Shown piece after piece: positions 37,722-45,883 of a DNA stretch of 45,883 nucleotides (position 1 is the first letter of the stretch; every line of letters begins with the position of its first letter). The notes beneath the pieces are model-generated. The model ran no database searches and was not told the origin of the DNA. It saw only the letters and a program-made list of their open reading frames with translations. Both the position numbers and the translations under genes were made by a program. Origin of the DNA: an uncultured bacterium (GTDB taxonomy: Bacteria > Desulfobacterota > Desulfuromonadia > Desulfuromonadales > BM103); the NCBI GenBank assembly GCA_965366475.1, contig CBDUFN010000001.1:1-45883 (forward strand), written 5' to 3'.

Positions 37722-37737
37722 TGCACTGGGCGTACCA
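37722..37737 (-). promoter_or_regulatory. sigma54 (-24/-12) promoter
   Basis: Minus strand TGGTACG-CCCA-GTGCA with correct GG-N10-GC spacing, 66 nt upstream of the first operon gene and next to an NtrC-type activator gene. Confidence 0.78.
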
Positions 37738-37835
37738 TTCTTAAAATATTTTCATTTATTATCGTTAAGCTTTTGTTTTTGCAGGTTTTTTTATTAGAGA
37801 GGGAGAACATTGACGTTGACCATAGGAAAGCTAAC

Positions 37836-37955
37836 GTATAAAAAAGTTATACAAAACGAGACATGAGCAGTCTCCACTTCGAACGCATGAAGACTATAAG
37901 TTGCTGATTTTATTGTTTTTTATAGCTTTTTATGGGGTGTATAACGGAAACATAC
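37836..37955. promoter_or_regulatory. Candidate enhancer: two GTAT-N9-ATAC palindromes flanking an IHF consensus site
   Basis: GTATAAAAAAGTTATAC (37836-52), GTATAACGGAAACATAC (37939-55); minus strand AATCAGCAACTTA (37909-37897) fits WATCARNNNNTTR. Confidence 0.55.
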
Positions 37956-38092
37956 AGGATAATTATTTTTTATACTTCGAATTTTGTCGTGGTTTTGCGA
38001 GAGGGAAGAGCTTCAAGTACGAACTATCAGCTTTTGTGAAAATCAGAATCAAAGGTATTATTTTTCTTCTTAACCATAAAGTATTTCAGAAT

Positions 38093-39514
38093 TTACTCGA
38101 CCATCCTCATTCTGACACTAATCCCCTGCTTTTTTAGCATGGCCTGAAAGTTTGGCCGTTGCATACCAACTTCTTCAGCCGCACGGGTAATATTCCAGTC
38201 ATTACGATCTAAAGCGCTCAACAGAAAAGCTCGTTCGACAGGGACAACAGCTTCTTCACGTAATAGCCGCTTACGCTCTTTCAGTTCATTTGCATCCACA
38301 GGCACAGATTTCTCTGCTAAACGAGGGAGGGTGTGGTCATCTCCTGGCAATTCAAGGTCTTTACGTTGCAAAAGGTCTGAATGAGAAAGAACAACCGCCC
38401 TCTCAATAAGGTTTTCCAGTTCACGCACATTGCCCGGGAAAGGGTATTGCTCCATCTGCTCAATGACATCTGGGCTGAAGCCTCGTATCTCTTTGCCATT
38501 TTCTTCCGCAAATCGCTTTAGAAACTGACTGGCAAGCAACATCAGGTCCCCCTTGCGCTCTCTCAATGGTGGGAGTTCAATTGGGATGATGTTGAGCCTG
38601 AAGAATAGATCATCGCGAAAGGTTCCCTGAACAACCATTTCTCGTAAATTTGCATTGGTTGCAGCAACCAACCGGATATCAATATTAATCGGAGTCGTTC
38701 CTCCGATCGGAGTCACAACTCGTTCCTGAAGCACACGCAATAATTTAGCCTGAGTTGCCAAACTGATATTTCCAACTTCATCAAGCAACAAGGTCCCGCC
38801 AGCGGCAACTTCAAAAAGGCCGCGTTTGGTCTGAGTGGCCCCAGTGAAAGAGCCCTTTACATGGCCAAACAATTCACTCTCCAGGAGAGTTTCAGCAAGA
38901 GCGGTGCAATCAATTGCGACAAAGGGCTGAGAACGTCTCGGACTGTGGGTATGTATTGCACGAGCGACGAGCTCTTTACCTGTTCCACTCTCACCACTGA
39001 TCATGACAGTACTTTCCGTAGGCGCAACCTGCATAATCCTCTGATAAAGGCGCTTCATCTCGCGACTGTCACCTAGCAACCCATCAAAACCATGCGTTTC
39101 AGTCATCTCTCGTCGCAGGCAAATATCGTCGATCAATACAGCTCTGGATTCAACTGCATTCTTGACCTTGTTGATAATTTCATCGTTGCTGAACGGTTTT
39201 GAAAGATAATCTGTCGCTCCATTTTTCATTGCTTCAACGGCGTTATCTATCGCGGCATATCCTGTGATCAAAACAACGGGCAGCTCAGGTTGGCATGCAC
39301 GGATCTCCTGCAGGACTTCAAGACCACTCATACCCGGCATTTTCAGATCAGTGACCAGAAGTTTGAAATTTTCTTGAGCCAAAAGATCAAGTGCTGCCCG
39401 CCCATTACTAACGGTCTCAACTTCGTAACCTTCTGCAGAGAGAATGCGTTGTAAACCTACACGAATGACTTTATCATCATCTGCAACCAGTATTCGTCCG
39501 AGTTCTGTGTTCAT
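38093..39514 (-). CDS. sigma54-dependent NtrC-family response regulator
   Basis: Receiver (VADDD, TDLKMPG), GESGTGKE, GSFTGA, LLDEVG, PGNVREL, Fis-type HTH NITRAAEEVG. Confidence 0.95.
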   Translation of the reverse strand: MNTELGRILVADDDKVIRVGLQRILSAEGYEVETVSNGRAALDLLAQENFKLLVTDLKMPGMSGLEVLQEIRACQPELPVVLITGYAAIDNAVEAMKNGATDYLSKPFSNDEIINKVKNAVESRAVLIDDICLRREMTETHGFDGLLGDSREMKRLYQRIMQVAPTESTVMISGESGTGKELVARAIHTHSPRRSQPFVAIDCTALAETLLESELFGHVKGSFTGATQTKRGLFEVAAGGTLLLDEVGNISLATQAKLLRVLQERVVTPIGGTTPINIDIRLVAATNANLREMVVQGTFRDDLFFRLNIIPIELPPLRERKGDLMLLASQFLKRFAEENGKEIRGFSPDVIEQMEQYPFPGNVRELENLIERAVVLSHSDLLQRKDLELPGDDHTLPRLAEKSVPVDANELKERKRLLREEAVVPVERAFLLSALDRNDWNITRAAEEVGMQRPNFQAMLKKQGISVRMRMVE

Positions 39515-39585
39515 AACAACCTCATGTAAGAAAAAACAACTTTACTCAACTCTGGCCTGGAACATGTAGACCACCAAGATGGTTA

Positions 39586-41223
39586 CTACGCCGTCGATTC
39601 ATCTTCTAGTTCACAGCATTTATCTTCAACAACACGCATCAAGGACGAGATGGGGAGTTCAACGGTAAAGACAGTCCCATATCCAACCGAACTCTGTACC
39701 TTGATCTGCCCCCCATGGTTTTCAACAATCCCATAAGAGACTGACAAACCAAGACCTGTTCCGGACACACCGCCCAAATCCTGATTTTTGGTAGTAAAGA
39801 AGGGGTCAAAAATTCGGCCTAAGTTCTCTTCCGAAATGCCTTGCCCTGTGTCTTCTATTGTCGTGATCAAGCGGTCTCGCTTTGAATCTGTCCGCATCAC
39901 AATAGTCATACGACCACCAAGCGGCATGGCATGACAACCATTCACGAGAAGGTTAATAAAAACTTGCTCCATCTGTGTTGGGTCAACTTCAATATTTGGC
40001 AGATTCACCCCATAGTGACGGATGATCTCAACATCGTTTACATTAGCGTGATGCTCAACCAGAGCCAGCGTGCGCTCCATAATGTCTGATAGAGATTTAA
40101 GTCTTTTGTCGGGAATCGATGTTCTGGAAAAATCAAGTAACCTTTTGACAATATCTGCACACCGATTTGTTTCATGCACTATTGTCAGGGCATCTTGACG
40201 TTGATTTTCATCAAGCCTCTTATCTTCAGCAAATAAATGCGAGAACATCAAGATCCCGGCCAGAGGGTTATTTATTTCATGAGCGATACCTGCGACCAGT
40301 TGGCCGAGAGAAGCTAATTTTTCCGAGCGAACCAACTGGTCGCTGACATTTGCAATTTCCTCTGTTCTTTCGATTACTTTTGCTTCAAGAGTTTCAGTCA
40401 ATTCCTGGTACTCATCTCTTGTTTCCTTCAGCTTGGCAGTCATGAAATTGAATGCTTCTGACAGTTCACCAATTTCATCATTGGACTTCAACTGCAAACG
40501 ACTATCAAGCTCCATGTTGGAGACCTTATGTGCATGCAACAACAGGTCATGTACCGGATGTATGACCATACTTTGCGTCATCCAACTCAAGCAGATGATA
40601 ACCAATAAAAGGATCGTCACACCAAAGGTTGCAATACTGTTGCGATAAGAACTTGCCTGAACCCCAATATTTGACAGAGAACCTTGCACCTCAAGATAAC
40701 CGAGAATTTTCACATCCTTCGGGTGAACATGACAGGCCGCAGTATAACAACTCGGTTTGTTATGAATTTCTGTTGTAACGCTTAAGATTTCATTCCCGCT
40801 TGCATTGTGAAAGATTCTTCGGCTATCACCCAGGGGGTGTCTCTCCGGCAGAAAAATATCACTATCACATTCACTGCATTGCGTTTTCACTTCTTCCATG
40901 GGCTTGCCAATTTCGCTCTCACAGGTAGAGAAATGAACCAAACCCAACGTACTGAAAAGGCGAATTCGATCTATTTTTTCATGTAAACAAACCTCTTGCA
41001 TCATTTCATAGACACGCGAACGGTTATCTTCAAGCATCTGAAAATGTGTCGTATGCAGAATGATTTCACTTAAAGTTTCAACATCATCTTTCGCATCATC
41101 TAAAAAAATCTCTTTCAGTGTACTGATATTAAAAGTGGCAAAAAGGGAAATGGTAATCAACAGAACAACACCAGTTCTGAAAATATACTTGCTGATCAAA
41201 CTTTTACTGAGTGCCGTGAACAT
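39586..41223 (-). CDS. NtrB-type sensor histidine kinase with Cys-rich periplasmic domain and HAMP
   Basis: CSECD and CYTAACH in the sensor domain; SEKLASLG..AHEINNPL, NLLVNG, DTGQGI, FDPFFTTK, GTGLGL. Confidence 0.94.
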   Translation of the reverse strand: MFTALSKSLISKYIFRTGVVLLITISLFATFNISTLKEIFLDDAKDDVETLSEIILHTTHFQMLEDNRSRVYEMMQEVCLHEKIDRIRLFSTLGLVHFSTCESEIGKPMEEVKTQCSECDSDIFLPERHPLGDSRRIFHNASGNEILSVTTEIHNKPSCYTAACHVHPKDVKILGYLEVQGSLSNIGVQASSYRNSIATFGVTILLLVIICLSWMTQSMVIHPVHDLLLHAHKVSNMELDSRLQLKSNDEIGELSEAFNFMTAKLKETRDEYQELTETLEAKVIERTEEIANVSDQLVRSEKLASLGQLVAGIAHEINNPLAGILMFSHLFAEDKRLDENQRQDALTIVHETNRCADIVKRLLDFSRTSIPDKRLKSLSDIMERTLALVEHHANVNDVEIIRHYGVNLPNIEVDPTQMEQVFINLLVNGCHAMPLGGRMTIVMRTDSKRDRLITTIEDTGQGISEENLGRIFDPFFTTKNQDLGGVSGTGLGLSVSYGIVENHGGQIKVQSSVGYGTVFTVELPISSLMRVVEDKCCELEDESTA

Positions 41224-41462
41224 CGTAATAAAAACCGGTCAGCAGAGTGTTACGAAAAACCGGGCGCCAAGAGATGAACTAGGCAGGGCCAAATTCTTCC
41301 CGGCAACCCGGCTATCTTTTAGACAAGACACGAGACTTTCCATAACTAACAAGGAAAAGACGGACCCATCGATTTCTTAACAGAATTTAATTATCACCAA
41401 CCAATACATCCAGCAGGTGCGCCATGTCAAGCTTTTCTATGAGGAGGGATCAATCTAAGTGT

Positions 41463-44258
41463 CTATATCTTCACTGTTTTATAAAGAAAATTCTTAAATT
41501 TATAAAATCTTCTCAGCTCATCTTCGTTCAGACTGTGAGGATCGCAGGCCCTTAGGGCAACAGCGATATCAGGCATATTTTTCGCACCGGACTGCCTTGT
41601 AGCCTCGATCAAAGTACAGATTGTATTCCGTGTCAGTTGATTCTCAGAAAAGGGCTGGTGAACCAAGGTCCAGAAATCGCCTGCATTTTCCTGCAACAAC
41701 CTCTGGATCGACCTCACACTATTTCGTTCAGGTTCCTCCGCAGAAAGAGATTGATGTCCTGAAGCCAGAGCTCTCCGAACATCAGCACCTGAAATGACCT
41801 GGCCCTGGCGAAACAACAGAGCTCGCAACAGAATTGATCTCAACTCTCTAATATTGCCAGTGTAATCATGTTGAGTCAGGAGTCTTTGCGCCTCGGCATT
41901 TATTGTTGGAACCTGATCGGCAGGCTCATTAGCCAGGCGATAAATACGATACAGTTGACCGAGAAAGTGAACAGACAAATCGGGGATATCTTCTCTTCGT
42001 TCATTCAGCGAGGGTACGGCAATTGTCAATTCTGACAAGCGATGATACAGGTCGGCACGGAAGCGTCCCTCTGCAATCAGACGAGGCATATCCTGGTTCG
42101 TCGCTGCAACCAGTAGAACTCGGGCAAAGCGAGTCTGGTTTTCTCCAAGTCGAACAAAACCGCCATTATCAAGAAAACGCAGCAATTGCACCTGAGTTTT
42201 TGGATCCGCATCACCAATCTCATCAAGGAACACGACTCCACCACTGGCCTCCTCAATAATGCCGTGACGATCAGCGTGCGCTCCCGTGAAAGCTCCACGT
42301 TTGTGACCGAAAAGTTCCGAGTAAGTCAGCTCACCACTGTATGCGGCAATATTTGTCTTGGTAACTGGTAACTCTCCGTTGGCAGTATCTCGATACATTT
42401 CATTGAGCCGAGTATAGATATTATTGAAGAGAAATTCTTTACCACTACCGGTATCACCAGTTATCAACACGGTTGGAAGACCAAGAACCGTTTCACGCAG
42501 ATCGGCCTTTTGCCACATGAGCACGCGACGAAAGAGTGGTGGTGTAATGGTTTCTATCGTTGAAATAATTTCACTAGCCTTACTCGAATTCCCAATGATA
42601 TTACCGAGACGATAAGAGGAGATCTTAGGGTCGCGGTAGGTAACATCGGTCTGAAGACGCTGAACCTCCGAGGTTAGCCTTTCGATCTGTAACAAACCGG
42701 CCAGATGTCGTGCAATCATTTGAACAATGATCTGTAGAATACGTTGATGCTCTTCGGTAAAATAACGGGAAACCAAACTACTGAGACAAACAACTGCAAG
42801 CACTTTCCCTTCAACGGTGACCGGCACAGCAATTTCACTGCGAATGACTCGTGTGACCTGTCTATAAAAGCTTTCACCTGACAGCTCTTGAATGGCATCA
42901 TCGACAATCATCGGCTGGCACGTTGAGGCAACGTATCCTGTCAAACTGCGCTCGGCTCGCGGCAGGTCACTGCCGCCGACGCGCATAACAGGGATATTCT
43001 TTTTCAACCACTCCTTACTTTTGGCACCGATCAAAGTGCCATCTTCTTCCTCAACAATCAGCCACTCATCGCTGTCACGCTCTTGAATCAGGGCAATACT
43101 GCCAGTGTCGGCTCCTATTAACTCTGTGGCCTTGGCCAGGACCCGGTTCAAGAAAGGTTGTATCCCTTCAAAACTCTCTTGAAGCAAATCGTTGATTTCT
43201 GACAGCACCTGAATTTCCATGTGCTCATTACCAATTTCCTGAATCACCCGCTCGGCCATTTCTGCATGGGCTTCCAGCAAGCCCCGCTCAAAATCGCTGA
43301 AACGGTAAGGTTCTTGGGTAAAATAATTAACAAGGCAATTGATGCGTCGGGTGCGCCCATCGTATCGAGGAACGACATACAAAGAGGTCAAACCGATTTT
43401 TTCGGTCAGATAGCGTTTCTGTAAAGCTTGCGCCTTGAGGCTGGGAATATAAAGTGGGCGAAGCAAGGTCTCATCTGTAATCACTCCTTCTTCATTGATA
43501 TATTGAGACAGCAACGATTTCCCAGAGCTCAAATCAATCAGTTTTTCATCTTCATAGAGACGCTGAATTTTACGCTCTTTTGCATAAGAAGCGAGAACCT
43601 GCAAACTTTGACCATCACTGCCAGACCCAATTCTTGACGGCACAAGAACCGATGCCAGAGAAAGCTTATCAATCAAACGAACCGCTGAGCGAACCATGGT
43701 TCGAGCCGCTTCTTTCTTTTTCGATTCATCAATCCGTCGTGCAACGATAATCTGTTGATGATATTTGCGGGCCCGATCAAGAACCGGAGCCACATGAGCC
43801 ATTAAACCACGCAGTTCTTGGCGATTTCTCGCTTCCAGAGTATTACCGACCCTGGTGCTATCGACACAGACAACTCCTATGGAACGCCCTTTGTGCACCA
43901 AGGGTAGCTGGGTTGACGCCATAATTCCAAAATCTTCAGCAAGTTGCCGAGCTCTTTTCGGCAAACGCTCCCGATCATCAAACTCTGCATCTTGCTGTTC
44001 AATATAAACTCTTGAAACCAAATCATTTTCATCAGTGAGTGAAAAAACATACTCACGCACCGCTGGTCTGGTACGCCCTGTCGCCAGTACACAACTCAGG
44101 ATACCGCCGGTTAAATCCTCAAGGTAGAGACGAAATCGAGTCTGATGAGTAAGGAGCGGCACGACCTCGCCGATCTCGTGCAAGATATCAGCAAGATTCT
44201 CTTTGCCGTACTTTTTGATTTTCTGTAAGGACTCTTCGACATGAACCGAGAAGTTCAT
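41463..44258 (-). CDS. Large multi-GAF sigma54-dependent transcriptional activator
   Basis: GAF-like regions (LPLVHKGRSIGVVCVD; SEIAVPV...VLAVVCL), GDTGSGKE, GAFTGA, FLDEIGD, GNIREL; atypical C-terminus. Confidence 0.88.
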   Translation of the reverse strand: MNFSVHVEESLQKIKKYGKENLADILHEIGEVVPLLTHQTRFRLYLEDLTGGILSCVLATGRTRPAVREYVFSLTDENDLVSRVYIEQQDAEFDDRERLPKRARQLAEDFGIMASTQLPLVHKGRSIGVVCVDSTRVGNTLEARNRQELRGLMAHVAPVLDRARKYHQQIIVARRIDESKKKEAARTMVRSAVRLIDKLSLASVLVPSRIGSGSDGQSLQVLASYAKERKIQRLYEDEKLIDLSSGKSLLSQYINEEGVITDETLLRPLYIPSLKAQALQKRYLTEKIGLTSLYVVPRYDGRTRRINCLVNYFTQEPYRFSDFERGLLEAHAEMAERVIQEIGNEHMEIQVLSEINDLLQESFEGIQPFLNRVLAKATELIGADTGSIALIQERDSDEWLIVEEEDGTLIGAKSKEWLKKNIPVMRVGGSDLPRAERSLTGYVASTCQPMIVDDAIQELSGESFYRQVTRVIRSEIAVPVTVEGKVLAVVCLSSLVSRYFTEEHQRILQIIVQMIARHLAGLLQIERLTSEVQRLQTDVTYRDPKISSYRLGNIIGNSSKASEIISTIETITPPLFRRVLMWQKADLRETVLGLPTVLITGDTGSGKEFLFNNIYTRLNEMYRDTANGELPVTKTNIAAYSGELTYSELFGHKRGAFTGAHADRHGIIEEASGGVVFLDEIGDADPKTQVQLLRFLDNGGFVRLGENQTRFARVLLVAATNQDMPRLIAEGRFRADLYHRLSELTIAVPSLNERREDIPDLSVHFLGQLYRIYRLANEPADQVPTINAEAQRLLTQHDYTGNIRELRSILLRALLFRQGQVISGADVRRALASGHQSLSAEEPERNSVRSIQRLLQENAGDFWTLVHQPFSENQLTRNTICTLIEATRQSGAKNMPDIAVALRACDPHSLNEDELRRFYKFKNFLYKTVKI

Positions 44259-44546
44259 AAACGCTCCTTGGAGGAACCTGTTTATTCAGCGATAAAAAAG
44301 CTGAGTTGCACCCCATTAACTGTGAGTAGTTTTTCTACACACGAAGTTTAGCCTGTTTCTTGATAGTGGTCAAAGTATGCGACATGCCGTTACAATGATT
44401 TTCATCAAGACCGCATAACAGTCTTGCCCGAGCAGAGAGAACCCAAACTTACTCCTCAGCAGGCAAGGGGTCTTTCATCGCGTGTCGATATAAGCCATCA
44501 AAGCTACACCACACTGTAGAGGTTAGGGTTCCCCTTTATTCGATCA

Positions 44547-45067
44547 AAAGAGCAACCCCCTTTCTACAAGACAGCTTCACCGATGCAGGCTTTAACGATA
44601 CTTGAAGCAAAGGATGACTTTGAGCGCTCTGAGCAACTATTCTCTCTCAGCTTCATTTTGATCAAATTTCACATGGGGCGATTACGTTACTGCAACGGAG
44701 GACATCCACCGCCAATACCACTTCGCATCGATGGCACCATCAAGAAGGTGGATTCAGGCGGAACAGTCATTGGAAGGGGGAACTTTGTTACGTTAGAAGA
44801 AGGAGACAGTTGGCTGAAGCCAGGCGACCGTCTTTTTATCTATACCGACGGGGTCACCGAGCATTTAACAACATCGGCAAAGCTTATGGAGATAAACGCT
44901 TTTTAGAAGAGCTCATGGTCCAACAGGATAAATCACTCGAAAAGTCAACAGGTGACACCCTGCTAGCTATGCGAAAATTCGGCGGCAAGGCTCTGCCAAA
45001 TGATGATGTAACTTTGATCGGGATGGAGTTTACCCTTCGATCACAAGAGTCCTCGAAAGAAGAGTGA
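44547..45067 (+). pseudogene. 5'-truncated, frameshifted PP2C/SpoIIE (RsbU-like) phosphatase remnant
   Basis: NGGHPPP and LFIYTDGVTE in one frame; YGDKRF...NDDVTLIG continues in another after a shift near 44865; N-terminal D..GHG motif absent; in-frame stop at 44517. Confidence 0.8.
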
Positions 45068-45883
45068 TCAATCCCAGTGTTTTATGACGCCTGACTCGAG
45101 CGCCGCCCGCTCAACCGCTGCCGTCACCTCTTTGTGAACTTTCGGATGGAGCAACGACGGGACCAACTCATTCTCTTCAGCATGACGGGCAATGCTCTGG
45201 GCTGCAGCAATTTTCATCTTATTGTTAATCGTAGTTGCCCGCACATTCAAGGCGCCACGGAACAGACCTGGGAAGGCCAACGCATTATTAACACTCTTAC
45301 CATCGGCTGCAAAGGAGGCTCCTGACTGTAAAGCAAGATCCGGGCTAATCTCGGGGTTTGGATTGGAAAGAGCAAGGATCACTGACCCTTTGCGCACCAT
45401 CTCCGGCTTGATCAGTCCAGGACAACCTGTCGTTGCAATAACGACGTGGGCTTTTTTCATGACATCGTCAAGAGTACCAACGACCCCACCTGCAGCAGCT
45501 AAGCGCTGGCAAGCTGTCTCATCAAGATCGGTTCCTACCACGGTTTTGACACCGTACGACAGCAGAAGTTTACTGATGCCCATTCCCGCTGCTCCCAGCC
45601 CAATCACTCCGACCACTGACTTTTTCAGCATGAGACCGGAAAACCGTGTTGCATTCAGCAAAGCAGCCAACACGACAACAGCGGTGCCGTGCTGATCATC
45701 GTGCATAACCGGGATATCAAGCTCAGCATCGAGGGTGTCTTCAATCTCGAAACACTCGGGAGCCTTGATATCCTCAAGTTTAATCGCACCAAAGGTCGGT
45801 GAAATATTACGTACCGTATCAATAATCACCTTTGGGTCATGGTTCTGGATCAATATCGGAACTCCACTCACACCAACCAGATG
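45068..45883 (-). CDS. NAD(P)-dependent malic enzyme, C-terminal part (start lies beyond the window)
   Basis: LEDIKAPECF, HDDQHGTA, GLGAAG, ALSNPNPEI, NNALAFPGLFRG. Confidence 0.93.
   Translation of the reverse strand, partial: HLVGVSGVPILIQNHDPKVIIDTVRNISPTFGAIKLEDIKAPECFEIEDTLDAELDIPVMHDDQHGTAVVVLAALLNATRFSGLMLKKSVVGVIGLGAAGMGISKLLLSYGVKTVVGTDLDETACQRLAAAGGVVGTLDDVMKKAHVVIATTGCPGLIKPEMVRKGSVILALSNPNPEISPDLALQSGASFAADGKSVNNALAFPGLFRGALNVRATTINNKMKIAAAQSIARHAEENELVPSLLHPKVHKEVTAAVERAALESGVIKHWD

Noticed and set aside
37901-38137. 78-aa ORF on the + strand
   Set aside because: AT-rich enhancer region; antisense overlap with the activator; no motif
1-45883. CRISPR arrays, tRNA/rRNA genes, transposases, integrases, prophage or defence genes; the many short antisense or nested ORFs in the track
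   Set aside because: No regularly spaced repeats or diagnostic motifs seen by eye; nested ORFs are shadows of well-supported genes

Overview
Gene-dense chromosomal window, most likely from a Desulfuromonadales (Geobacter/Pelobacter/Desulfuromonas-like) bacterium, judged from gene content and order rather than a database search. The left half is mostly housekeeping: degP with an OmpR-family two-component system, PPDK regulatory protein, prmA-rsmE, dapF-HAD-nfo-dtd-yjgA, trxA, and a ccsA-hemA-hemC-hemD-hemB-M16 peptidase operon. The middle is accessory: a TauE exporter divergent from a four-gene group 3b (sulfhydrogenase-type) NiFe hydrogenase, cobO/btuR, ZIP, DMT and LysE transporters, a Cys-free ribosomal S4 paralog, a GATase and a GFA protein. 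The most interesting locus is a minus-strand redox module at 32088-41223. It contains a heme-motif sensor kinase and an NtrC-type activator, then a sigma54 promoter with candidate enhancer and IHF sites. That promoter precedes two paralogous small membrane proteins, an Asp-less pseudo-receiver, a 56-aa HmcD-like ORF absent from the ORF track, a pentaheme class III cytochrome, a Tat-exported 4Fe-4S protein, an NrfD subunit, a kinase-less copy of the sensor domain (which keeps the CxxCH the kinase has lost) and a membrane protein. The right end holds a large GAF-sigma54 activator, a frameshifted PP2C remnant and a truncated malic enzyme. A candidate sRNA lies near 20.4 kb. No rRNA, tRNA, CRISPR array or transposase was seen. 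All family calls come from motif recognition and have not been confirmed by search.
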